Position numbers and translations under genes: made by a program. Positions 1 to 9,200 of a DNA stretch of 64,000 nt are shown piece after piece. Location: assembly GCA_042563375.1 (NCBI GenBank), contig JBHPMF010000004.1:14902-78901 (forward strand). Direction: 5' to 3'. This DNA is from Elusimicrobiota bacterium. GTDB lineage: Bacteria; Elusimicrobiota; Elusimicrobia; JACQPE01. Numbering within the stretch: position 1 is the first letter of the stretch; every line of letters begins with the position of its first letter. The notes below the pieces were generated by a model. The model saw nothing but the letters and a program-made list of their open reading frames with translations, was not told the origin of the DNA and did no database searches.

Positions 1-393
1 GATCAAAGCTTTTCCTCCCGGCTTTAGCACCCTCAAGATCTGTTTTGCCATGATAATATCGCCGTCATCACTTACATCAGCTCCGTGCCTGCCGCCCAAA
101 CCCACATGCTCTATCGTTGATATGCACGTAACCACGTCAAAACTGTTTTCTTCCAGCGGGTCCTTGACTATATCCCTTTGGATAAATTTAAAATTATTAA
201 AACTCAAATGATTCAGGATCTCGTAAGATCTGATATCGCATCCGGTCACATCATGCCCTAAAGACGCTGCTATCAATGGAAAAAAACTGCCCGAACTTCC
301 TATATCCAGGACCCTGGCGCTCTTGGGCGCAAGTCTGCCAAAAACAAACGGATACTCCAGGAACCGGTCACTTGGCTTAAGCGGCGTGCTCAT
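1..393 (-). CDS. class I SAM-dependent methyltransferase (partial; C-terminus lies beyond the window edge)
   Basis: Not in the ORF track because it runs off the edge. My own translation from the ATG at 393..391 gives MSTPLKPSDRFLEYPFVFGRLAPKSARVLDIGSSGSFFPLIAASLGHDVTGCDIRS...CISTIEHVGL...AKQILRVLKPGGKALI. It has SAM motif I (VLDIGSSGS), an acidic loop (GCDI) and LKPGG. Confidence 0.7.
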   Translation of the reverse strand, partial: MSTPLKPSDRFLEYPFVFGRLAPKSARVLDIGSSGSFFPLIAASLGHDVTGCDIRSYEILNHLSFNNFKFIQRDIVKDPLEENSFDVVTCISTIEHVGLGGRHGADVSDDGDIIMAKQILRVLKPGGKALI

Positions 394-470
394 ATGGATA
401 TCAGGGAAAATTTTGCCCAACACCTTCATGCCAAGTCTGACTATAAAGTCGTAAAGCGCTTTTTTCACGG

Positions 471-1196
471 TTACTTTCTAAATCCCCCCGTACTGGAAAG
501 TCTTATTGCTTTTCTTTTGACCGCGCCTGCAAACTCATCAAAGGCCGCGCTGGCCAGTATGTCATCGCAGAAAAACAATCCACCCGGCTTGATATGCGGC
601 CACGCTGTTTTGAACTCCCACATCATATGCTCATAACTATGATCACTGTCATGAAAGAACATATCAACAGAGCCAAGCTTGTTTAAGAGTTCCGGAAGAA
701 GCGCTTTAGCGTCTCCAAGGTGCAGGTTCCATCGCGGTTTTAAGCTCTCCGGGATCAGCCATCCTGTGGTTTTATTCTCAGGCAGAACAGCTCCCGGCTG
801 GTTCGGCAGATCTATCGAATACAGAACTCCTTCTTTATTGACTTCCAGAGCCTTTAATATGAATGTGGTCGAAGAGCCTGAGGCCACGCCTGTTTCAAGC
901 ACGACCTGCGGCCGCAAAGCCCGGCAGATCACATAAAGCGCCGGAGCCTGAAGCGGGGAAAGCATTCCGGCATGCATGGGAAAATTCACGGATTCGAACC
1001 TGCTTCTCACCTCATCATAAAAATCAAATTTCTCGATCTCTGAGTAATACGCCTCGATCTTCTCAGTGTCCACTCGTGTCAAAGTGCTTAACAATCTGTT
1101 TTTTTGAGACAACCTGTAAAGATATCGCGCTGCTGCCAATGGATTGCGAAGGCCGATCTTAACATCTTCGATTGATACGCCCAACATGATGCTCAC
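471..1196 (-). CDS. SAM-dependent methyltransferase (Methyltransf_24 / O-methyltransferase-like)
   Basis: 241 aa. It has VLETGVASGSSTTFILKAL (motif I), YSIDLP and FFHDSDHSYEHMMWEF...IKPGGLFFCDDI. The GTG start overlaps the upstream stop (GTGA), and an AAGGAG SD lies just upstream. Confidence 0.75.
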   Translation of the reverse strand: MSIMLGVSIEDVKIGLRNPLAAARYLYRLSQKNRLLSTLTRVDTEKIEAYYSEIEKFDFYDEVRSRFESVNFPMHAGMLSPLQAPALYVICRALRPQVVLETGVASGSSTTFILKALEVNKEGVLYSIDLPNQPGAVLPENKTTGWLIPESLKPRWNLHLGDAKALLPELLNKLGSVDMFFHDSDHSYEHMMWEFKTAWPHIKPGGLFFCDDILASAAFDEFAGAVKRKAIRLSSTGGFRK

Positions 1197-2278
1197 ACTC
1201 TCCTTTTTTGTTCACACGCTTCAAGTTTTAAATCTTTTGTTTTTTTAGCTCCCGGCTGACCGCCATTATTGGAATGTCCGCCATTTGAGCGCAACAGGCC
1301 GCCTATCATCTTTCTTCCTTCAGGTCTGGAGATCATGATACAGGAATACACTGTTGTCTGCAGGAAACTCATCAGCGGATGATACACCCAATATATATTC
1401 TTGTCCCGGATCATCTTTGCCAAGGCATCAATGCCGGAAAAAACAGGCACTCCACTGTAGAGGAACCACAAAGAAAGTCTTGTTTTAAAATCACTTGTCA
1501 TGGCCCAGTTCATGTTGCGGGAATCCTTATGTCCCAGAAAGTGTGTCCCGAAATTCCTCTTCCATTTCTTCACCCACTGTCCCACGCTTTGCACATGATG
1601 ATGAATAACATTGAGCTCAGGCACATAAGCCACCTGATTATTACCCTCTTCCGCCATTGTCTGAAAAACATCATTATCGCCTATGTACTCCGGCCCGATA
1701 AGCATGTGGCGCACCAGATCCAGACGGTACGCCAATCCATTGGCTCCCCAGATAAGAGGACGCTTTGAGTCCACTGAAAATTTATACCCGCGATACCGCC
1801 CTGCTTGCGTGATACTCGCCTCCCTGAGATAATCCCCGAGATTTGAATTCAGGAAAAAAGATAATGGGTCATTCTGTATGAGTTCATAGTAGCGGTTTAT
1901 GGGTTTATCAGCGGATCCTGAGATCTGTTTGCACCATAAGGCAGCCATTTTTGGGTCCTGCTCGAACATCCCGGCTGCCGTGGAAAGCCAGTCCTTGTTC
2001 GCGAGCTCGTTATCAGCCGCGAACACGATAAAAATATCTCCTGCGGCATGGCGCGCAGCCACTTTTGTCCCTTCTTCAGCCAATACTTTCTCATTGGGCA
2101 GGACCCTGGCGTTATACTTTTTCGCGATAGCGCAAGTCTCATCCTGCGACCCGCCGTCAGCTACCAATACCTCGACCAGGTCGTTTGGATAATCCTGTTT
2201 ACGGATGCTTTTTAAGCATGCCTCCAAACAATGCGCTGCATTAAGCACCGGTATTGAGATCGAGAATTTAAGAGGCAT
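1193..2278 (-). CDS. family 2 glycosyltransferase
   Basis: 361 aa. GT-A N-terminus FSISIPVLNAAHCLEACLKSIRKQDYP..VEVLVADGGSQDET. Its ATG overlaps the upstream stop by one base (TGATG). Confidence 0.85.
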   Translation of the reverse strand: MPLKFSISIPVLNAAHCLEACLKSIRKQDYPNDLVEVLVADGGSQDETCAIAKKYNARVLPNEKVLAEEGTKVAARHAAGDIFIVFAADNELANKDWLSTAAGMFEQDPKMAALWCKQISGSADKPINRYYELIQNDPLSFFLNSNLGDYLREASITQAGRYRGYKFSVDSKRPLIWGANGLAYRLDLVRHMLIGPEYIGDNDVFQTMAEEGNNQVAYVPELNVIHHHVQSVGQWVKKWKRNFGTHFLGHKDSRNMNWAMTSDFKTRLSLWFLYSGVPVFSGIDALAKMIRDKNIYWVYHPLMSFLQTTVYSCIMISRPEGRKMIGGLLRSNGGHSNNGGQPGAKKTKDLKLEACEQKRRV

Positions 2279-2865
2279 CAGGCAAAATCCTTGTTTTTAT
2301 ACTGTTTTTTACATCGAACGCAAATCCATACTTTGCCGCGCTTTTTAAGACGGCGCGCGCAAGCGCAAACCTTTCCCGCTTCTTTACCCGGATTGCCGTA
2401 AACCAGCCCGTGATTGCCGATGCTTGAAGTTACAACCGAACCGGCTCCGACAAGAGCGCGTTTGCCAACTGAAATATTGCTTAAAAGCGTGGCATTCGCC
2501 CCGATGGTCGCTCCTTTCATGATAAGCGTCCTTGCCAATTCCCAGTCAGGTACGCGGCTTCTCGGGAACAGATCATTGGTGAACACCACGTCAGGACCAA
2601 CAAACACTTTATCCTGGATCTTTACGCCTTCCCACACTGACACATTGTTTTTTATCGTGACTCCGTTTCCCACAACAGCTCCGGATTCTATGTAGCAGTT
2701 ATTGCATATATTGCAGTTTGCGCCGATCTTAGCGCCCTTCTGCACATGCGCAAAAGCCCAGATTTTTGTTCCGGCTCCTACTACAGACCCTTTTTCAACA
2801 ACGGCCTTTGGATGCTTATAGAACGCAGGTTTTTTTCTCATCAAATGATACCGGGCAGGAAACAC
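2278..2865 (-). CDS. left-handed beta-helix sugar N-acetyltransferase (WlbB/WbpD-like) with a Cys-rich C-terminal tail
   Basis: Hexapeptide repeats GAKIGANCNICNNCYIESGAVVGNGVTIKNNVSVWEGVKIQDKVFVGPDVVFTNDLFPRSR. It sits next to a WlbA-like dehydrogenase. The start is uncertain (GTG 2865 or ATG 2841); either one overlaps the upstream gene. Confidence 0.8.
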   Translation of the reverse strand: MFPARYHLMRKKPAFYKHPKAVVEKGSVVGAGTKIWAFAHVQKGAKIGANCNICNNCYIESGAVVGNGVTIKNNVSVWEGVKIQDKVFVGPDVVFTNDLFPRSRVPDWELARTLIMKGATIGANATLLSNISVGKRALVGAGSVVTSSIGNHGLVYGNPGKEAGKVCACARRLKKRGKVWICVRCKKQYKNKDFA

Positions 2866-3859
2866 CCTCCTGTTTTAAAGATTTCTCAAGCTGCAGCAGG
2901 ACTTCTATCATCTCGCTTGCCATAACAGGTCCTGTTAAAGGTTCTTTGCGGCTCTGTACTGAGTCGATAAAATGCGCGCATTGCGTGCGCAAAGGCTCAG
3001 TCCCTGCAACGCTGGGCAAAAGCACGCCGCTGTCCCTTGTGATCAGCCTGAACTCCTCAAAACTACTGTAAGGTTTTTCAAAACGCTCTTTCATCACGCT
3101 CTTGTCATAGATCTTTATGGGCGAAGGATCCAGATCATCAAAGAGAACCATTTTTTTACTGCCCACGACTGTCACGCGCCTGACTTTAACAGGATCAAGC
3201 CAGCTCACATGCATATTAGCTATGACCCCGTCCCCGTAAGACAATGAACCAAAAACAACATCATGCGTCTTGTCCTGGATATATACTCCGCCATGAGCCG
3301 CTACTTTTACAGGCCACTTGCCAAGTATGTAATGCAGTATTGAGAGATCATGCGGGGCAAGATCCCAAAGAGCATTAACATCTTTGCGTATGGGGCCTAA
3401 GTTCGTCCTTGCTGCGTGAGCATAATAGATATCACCGAGCTCGCCGGACCCAACAAGCTCTTTTAAAGCGCGGACTCCTGAATTATAAAGAAACGTATAA
3501 GCCACCATTAAGATCAATTTCTTGTTTTGAGCTATTCTCGCGAGATCAAAACCTTCCTTGGTATCCAAGGCCAGGGGTTTTTCAACAAGAACATCCTTAT
3601 TGCTCTCAAGCGCTTCTTTGACGATCTTGTAATGCGTGCTCGCCGGAGTAGCTATGACAACAGCATCGATATTATTGTCTTCAAGGACTTCCCTGTGATC
3701 GCTCGCGGCTTTTAAGAATGGATACATGCGGCTTGTTTTTTGCAGCATTTGCGCATTAGCATCGCATATCGCAGCTATGGAGCAATTCTCCATTGTTAAA
3801 TAGTTTCTTACATAATTAGGTCCCCAGTAACCCAGCCCTATGATGCCTATCTTGGTCAT
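2816..3859 (-). CDS. Gfo/Idh/MocA-family NAD-dependent sugar oxidoreductase (WlbA/WbpB-like)
   Basis: 347 aa. Rossmann N-terminus MTKIGIIGLGYWGPNY, an EKPLA motif (VLVEKPLAL), and a C-terminal alpha/beta domain typical of the family. Confidence 0.8.
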   Translation of the reverse strand: MTKIGIIGLGYWGPNYVRNYLTMENCSIAAICDANAQMLQKTSRMYPFLKAASDHREVLEDNNIDAVVIATPASTHYKIVKEALESNKDVLVEKPLALDTKEGFDLARIAQNKKLILMVAYTFLYNSGVRALKELVGSGELGDIYYAHAARTNLGPIRKDVNALWDLAPHDLSILHYILGKWPVKVAAHGGVYIQDKTHDVVFGSLSYGDGVIANMHVSWLDPVKVRRVTVVGSKKMVLFDDLDPSPIKIYDKSVMKERFEKPYSSFEEFRLITRDSGVLLPSVAGTEPLRTQCAHFIDSVQSRKEPLTGPVMASEMIEVLLQLEKSLKQEGVSCPVSFDEKKTCVL

Positions 3860-3894
3860 ACTCGATCAACCTCCATAAAATAATTCAAATCCTA

Positions 3895-4461
3895 TTACAC
3901 TTCCTGCGCTTCGCCTTTCAATCTTTGCCACAAATCTTCAACTTCCAGCGTCTTTGCCCAACGCTCCAGATAAGTCATGTCCAGTTTTTCACACTGAACC
4001 TCATAGACCCTGAGAGCATCAGTAAACTGTTTTTCACTGCCTCCGGACAATCTTGCCCATCGTAATTTCGCCAGGATCGTGTCTTCCGGACTTGACACAG
4101 ACATTTTTATGCCCATGAATTGCTCGGTGCATCTGCGCGAAAAACGCGACTGATCGAAACCCTCTCCGGTCAACATCCAAAAATCCACTTTATCGCCGGT
4201 ACTGATATTGATCATGTTAAACATGTCTTGCTTATCGATTGCGTCAAAAATGCTGTTTTTATCCAAATAATAATCAGGCGATGAAAAAGCCTCTGTTAAT
4301 CTCATAACCTGAGTTCTGTTAATCGCGATGACCATGTCAATATCATGCGTAGACCGAGGCTCGCCCTGCAGGCTCGAAACAATGGAACCTGTTATCATAT
4401 ATTCGATTCCCGCCTGATCCAGGGCTTGAATAACATGCGTCAATAATTCCTGTTGTGACAT
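3895..4461 (-). CDS. minimal nucleotidyltransferase-fold protein (uncharacterised family)
   Basis: 188 aa. IEYMITGSIVSSLQGEPRSTHDIDMVI matches the G-S...D-x-D pol-beta-type NTase signature. It overlaps the small upstream ORF by 22 nt. Confidence 0.5.
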   Translation of the reverse strand: MSQQELLTHVIQALDQAGIEYMITGSIVSSLQGEPRSTHDIDMVIAINRTQVMRLTEAFSSPDYYLDKNSIFDAIDKQDMFNMINISTGDKVDFWMLTGEGFDQSRFSRRCTEQFMGIKMSVSSPEDTILAKLRWARLSGGSEKQFTDALRVYEVQCEKLDMTYLERWAKTLEVEDLWQRLKGEAQEV

Positions 4462-4655
4462 TTATCCAATCGCTCCCAGAGCTTCTTGTTAAATTCCTCG
4501 GCATTAATATCCGGGAACCTCTTGCGTAAACCATAAATAAAAAGTTCCCTGGTAAATTCAGTTAATTCAAATGCCTTTCGCAATCTTTTCTCGGGAGACA
4601 TCCGGCGAAGCGCGCCTATGTAGACACTGTGATTTGGACGATGCTTGATATCCAT
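4440..4655 (-). CDS. small helical protein, partner of the NTase-fold gene (possible toxin-antitoxin-like pair)
   Basis: 71 aa, basic and predicted helical (RRMSPEKRLRKAFELTEFTRELFIYGLRKRFP). Its stop lies inside the start region of the NTase gene. No recognisable domain. Confidence 0.4.
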   Translation of the reverse strand: MDIKHRPNHSVYIGALRRMSPEKRLRKAFELTEFTRELFIYGLRKRFPDINAEEFNKKLWERLDKCHNRNY

Positions 4656-4681
4656 ATCTTATCTTCTGTTTTTCGCCTTGC

Positions 4682-6193
4682 TCATCCGCGAATAACCGTC
4701 TCCTTGTCTGCACCTTCAGGCTTATTCCCGCAAGCTTGCTTTTTATTAAAGTCTGAAAGGTGTCCCACAACAGCCTTTCCGGCTCTGTAGAAAAATCTGA
4801 TATCATCCACGCTCCTGATTGAGACAAGTTTTTTCATTATGAACTTCGGCGTAATAAATGATCTATAAAGCCCCTGTGTAAGACCCATAACCTCATCATC
4901 AGGCATAGGGCATTTCATGACAGGCTCTCTCATGTCATAGCGGGCCCAGTCCCTGGTCTTAAGCCAATCATTGTCTTCGCATTCCTTAAAAAGCCTCGTC
5001 CCCGGATATGGGATAACGATCGTTGCCTGGAGAGTGTTTATCCACCCGCGCCTGAAAAGGTCTTTTGTCATCTCGATCGTGGCCATTGCTTCATCGCGCG
5101 ACTCCCATGGGTATCCGACCATGCATGTCGCATGAGGTTCAAGCCCTGCCTGCTTTGCCATGCGCGCGGTTTCTGCCATTGCGTGTTCCTTATGGCCCTT
5201 ATTGATCCTGTCAAGCGTGGCTTTATTCGCTGATTCAAGCCCATAAAGCACGAACCTGAAACCTGCTTTACCCATTAGATCGTATTCTTCCTGGCTCAAG
5301 GCTCCGGGCCTCATATTGCACCCGATCTTAACGCGCTTGTTCAAGCCTCTTTCTATCATTCCATTGCAGAACTTTTTAAGCCACCCGCCTATGGGAAAAG
5401 TGCCTGTATCATCGAATACTTCCCGTATCCCGTACTTGCTCACAAGCATCTCGATCTCATCCAAAAGACTCTCCGGGGTACCCACGCGAAAACTCTTAAA
5501 TGTATTCGTCCATGAGCAGAAAGTGCATCCCCCGCCGGTCCTCCACCAGCAATCCCTGCCGATCATCGTATATGCTCCGGGCAGATATTTGAAATTACCG
5601 TTCTTATGCGCGTAGAGCTCCCACTGGGTCAAGTCCCTATCAATGGGCAGCACGCCCTTTAGATCACGCTGCTTAAACGGCCCTGTATTGCCGATGCTGC
5701 CATTTTCTTCTCTGAAATATACTCCGTGATCAAGGTCCGCGTTCTTTGCCATGTGGTCCGCGATATTAGCCAAACCAAAATCAAAATCCCCGCCGCAAAG
5801 CACAAAATCTGCTTTTGAATTTTCCATGGACTCCTCAGGCAGCGCTGTGACATGGTCGCCCATAAGAACGAATCGCGTCTTAGGGCTCATGGCCTTAAGA
5901 GAATCTATCCAGCGCCAATACTGCCCTATAACAGGAGTTTTGGCTTCAATGGCCACCATGTCAGGCTTAAAATCCATGAGATCATTTATGAATTCCTTGT
6001 CGCTTTTCTCACTCGCTATCGCGTCAGCCCATGCAACATCATGCCCCATGTTCTTAAGCATGGTTGCGGCATATGCCGGGAGCATGGGATAGATATATGT
6101 CGGGTTACTGAAGTACTGGAATTGCCTGTTTTGAGAAAGCAGCGGAACGCCCTTGTCAGTGGGCAGCGGGGGGTAAGCGATCATTATCTTCAT
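4682..6193 (-). CDS. B12-binding-domain radical SAM enzyme with a non-canonical cluster motif
   Basis: 503 aa. The N-terminal Rossmann-like cobalamin-binding region (MKIMIAYPPLP...DMVAIEAKT...VLMGDHVTALPEE) is followed by a TIM-barrel rSAM core. The Cys triad reads DCWWRTGGGCTFCSW (CX7CX2C). Confidence 0.8.
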   Translation of the reverse strand: MKIMIAYPPLPTDKGVPLLSQNRQFQYFSNPTYIYPMLPAYAATMLKNMGHDVAWADAIASEKSDKEFINDLMDFKPDMVAIEAKTPVIGQYWRWIDSLKAMSPKTRFVLMGDHVTALPEESMENSKADFVLCGGDFDFGLANIADHMAKNADLDHGVYFREENGSIGNTGPFKQRDLKGVLPIDRDLTQWELYAHKNGNFKYLPGAYTMIGRDCWWRTGGGCTFCSWTNTFKSFRVGTPESLLDEIEMLVSKYGIREVFDDTGTFPIGGWLKKFCNGMIERGLNKRVKIGCNMRPGALSQEEYDLMGKAGFRFVLYGLESANKATLDRINKGHKEHAMAETARMAKQAGLEPHATCMVGYPWESRDEAMATIEMTKDLFRRGWINTLQATIVIPYPGTRLFKECEDNDWLKTRDWARYDMREPVMKCPMPDDEVMGLTQGLYRSFITPKFIMKKLVSIRSVDDIRFFYRAGKAVVGHLSDFNKKQACGNKPEGADKETVIRG

Positions 6194-6216
6194 TTCAAAA
6201 TTTTCCTGTTTTCTTC

Positions 6217-6248
6217 ATTTCAGCCCTCAGCATTCAACCCTCAGCCCT
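6217..6248. repeat. family F repeat (TTTCAGCCCTCAGC units)
   Basis: ATTTCAGCCCTCAGCATTCAACCCTCAGCCCT. A second copy is at 21776-21790. Confidence 0.75.
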
Positions 6249-6252
6249 TTTT

Positions 6253-9200
6253 TCAACCTACCACTTCCCCCGTATCAATGTCATTATTAAGATGCGCGCT
6301 CTCATAATGTTCATAGCGCTCTTTAACAGGCTCGATAAGGCCCCTTAAAAAGTGGATCCCGTAGATAATATGCGTTGAAAGTATGCCCGGCGCTGTCAGG
6401 AATCCCACGTACACGCTTTTCTCGGCGATCGCGGCTCTGGCCATGTCGAATACGAGTCCTGCCAGGTACATTAGAGTAACGCCTAAAAATATCTTCTGGA
6501 ACAACGCGGACATGCTCGAAGCCGCTGTCAAGAATACAAGGCACATGACGAATATGCTGGGCGCAGCATAGGATATCCTTCTTGATGTTTGAGGATAGAG
6601 CTTCCAAAACTGCCCGCGGCAGAACCCGTAGCGGCTCACCTGCGAAAGATGTTCTTTGAATAACGTCCTTCTGTGATGCCACACAAAGACTTCCGGATCA
6701 TAGATTATCTTCTTGCCGGAACGCACGATATCAAGACAAAGCTTTGTATCCTCTCCCGGCCAATACTTCGTCTGAAAACCCCCGAGAGAATCAAACAGGT
6801 CTTTTCTTATGAAAAAATTCACCGACGGGAAATCATCAACCAGCCTTGACTTGCCCGGCCTGTACCGGTTCGCGCAGAATCCGCCTCCCATTACAGTGGC
6901 GAACACCGCGCCTGAGGCTTTTTGCCATATATTGTTCGATTCAGGGGTGACAGCCGGTCCGCATACAGCGCCCACTTGGGGATCCGCAAAATGCCTTACA
7001 GCTTTATCGAACCAGTCAGCTTTAGGATAAGCATCATCATCGAGAAAAGCCAGGATCTCTGCGCTCGCGTGCTTAAAAGCCATGTTGCGCTTTGTCGCCG
7101 GATCCACCGCTCCGGTTGCGATCACGCGCGCATGCGCAGCTGTCCTTATTTCCGGAGTGAAATCATTCGCGGATATTTCATCAGGAAGGATTATGATCTC
7201 GTAATTTTTGTAATCAGTGCCTGTGAATTTAGAAAGAGATTCCGCTATATACGCGTTGATCCTCTTGACCGGGATAACAACGGAAACACTGGGCATATAA
7301 TTCGCGCAAACACTGCCCTCGGGAATGCTCCATTGCTTATCAATGCCCCTTTGCTTGATGAGCATCAGCACATTTATCACCAGGATCCCGGCCCCGACAC
7401 CGCCTACGATATAGAGCACAGAAGCCAGTGTATCGTGAAACAGTATTATAAGCACTGCCTCAAGAATGACTCCCGCTAAAAACGTCCACACAAAACTAAC
7501 GCGTTTTACAGCGTAATTGAAATTCATGATGATCTGAAGGAGGGCATACGGAAGCATGGCAAAGCTGAAAAGCCCGAGGATGGATGCCCCTTCGGGATAT
7601 CCTGACCCCAGAAGCACCCTCATGAACAATCTCGGAGCGATCGCGAAAGCCATGGCGCCTATGGTCGAGATTATTCCGGAAAGGACCAGGCCTTTCCTTA
7701 AAACGCCTGCGGCGCTTCCGGATGAAGCATTGACCCCTGAGGCAATGGGTAAAAGCACTGCCACGATACAACCGTTAACGAATATTATGGAGCGTGCCAG
7801 CACAGCCGCGGCCGCGTATTGCCCTGACAAATGCGATGAGAAATAATGCTTGACCAATATCATGTCAAGCCCGATAAAAAACGCGAAACACACATGCCCT
7901 ATCAATATGGGCAAACTGTATACGAGCGCCTCGGAAAAGAAACCTTTCTCTTTTTCATAGATTTTTGCGTCCATTGACGAGCGGATCCATGGCCATGATG
8001 CCACAACCAGGACGCCCAGTAATGCCGTGAGATTGGCAAACATGGCGCCGTTAAGGCCCAGGCCCACAAGAACCACAAGACCGAACCCAAGCAGAAATCT
8101 CAGGAGTCCTCCGCCTCCGCTTAAAACCCCGAAAAAGAAGAATTTATGCGCTCCCTGCAGCAAGCCCATGCTTACAGGCAGTAAAAACGACACTGCCACG
8201 ATTCCTATTGCCACATAGAACGGGAAACTCTGTTCAACATGAAGGAACTTAGCCACAAAAGGCTTTGCTGCCAAAAGCACAGCGCTCCATGCGATCGCAA
8301 GAAAGAATGCCTGAATATAAGATTTCTTGGCAAAACTCGCGAAACGCTCCATCTGTTTTAAAGCTTTGAATTCAGCGCTGTATTTGGCCACAACCGTCTG
8401 GATCGTGGCAGTAAAAGAACCCGCTATCATTGTGATCGATAATATGGAATTAAGCGCTCCGTAATCAGAGGATGAGAGGTTCCTGCTCATTGTGAACTGA
8501 TAAAAATAAGCAGCAATATTACCCACCATGGAGAACGCGAACACGATGATACTGCTTCTAAGCAGAGTATCCGTGATATCGAGCTTTGAGAACACCTTCC
8601 CCAAAACCGACATCCCGCCCCCCTGCTTTCCCTCTTTCAGCCATTCTCTTTCTTTCTCCTCCCCCCTTGAGGGGGAGGTCGGGTGGGGGGTTTCCGCTAT
8701 CCCCTGCTGCCCGGCGCTCGAGTGAGCCCCATTGAATTTCCCGCGCTTCCTGTAAATCCCCTCTAGCCTGTCATAATAACGCACGATATAGAGCCTATAG
8801 AATATCGCCAGAGTATCAATGCCTGTGCGAAAATAATCACCTGAACTGATGCGCCCCCATTTTTTTCTCCTGCTGAATGTCAACACAACAGGAGCTTCCG
8901 ATATCCTGAAACCCCAGTGATGGGCATTGGCAAGCATCTCAACGTCAAATGCCCATTTCTTACTGAGGATCAAGGGGAACACCTTATTAAGGACTTTTCT
9001 CTTGTAGATCTTTAAGCCTGATTGCGTATCTTTTAACGGCAGATTAAAGAAAACTTTCAGGAAAAACGCGTATACCCTGCTTGCGATCTTGCGCATAAGC
9101 GGGTATTCTATCTCGGAGAATGGGTGGAATTTCGATCCAATGACCACGTCAGCATTCTCCCGCCTCATAACATTAAAAAGCACGCGCAACTGGGCAGGAT

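Noticed and set aside
990-1000. A tRNA-like T-loop string (GGTTCGAATCC on the minus strand).
   Set aside because: It lies inside the methyltransferase CDS (RFESVN codons). The flanking sequence cannot form T-stem or acceptor pairing. No other tRNA-like cloverleaf was seen in the intergenic regions.
4343-4827. ORFs 4343-4534 (-) and 4567-4827 (-).
   Set aside because: They overlap the NTase cassette or the rSAM 3' end in other frames and have no motifs. The shorter, coupled 4440-4655 ORF is the better candidate.
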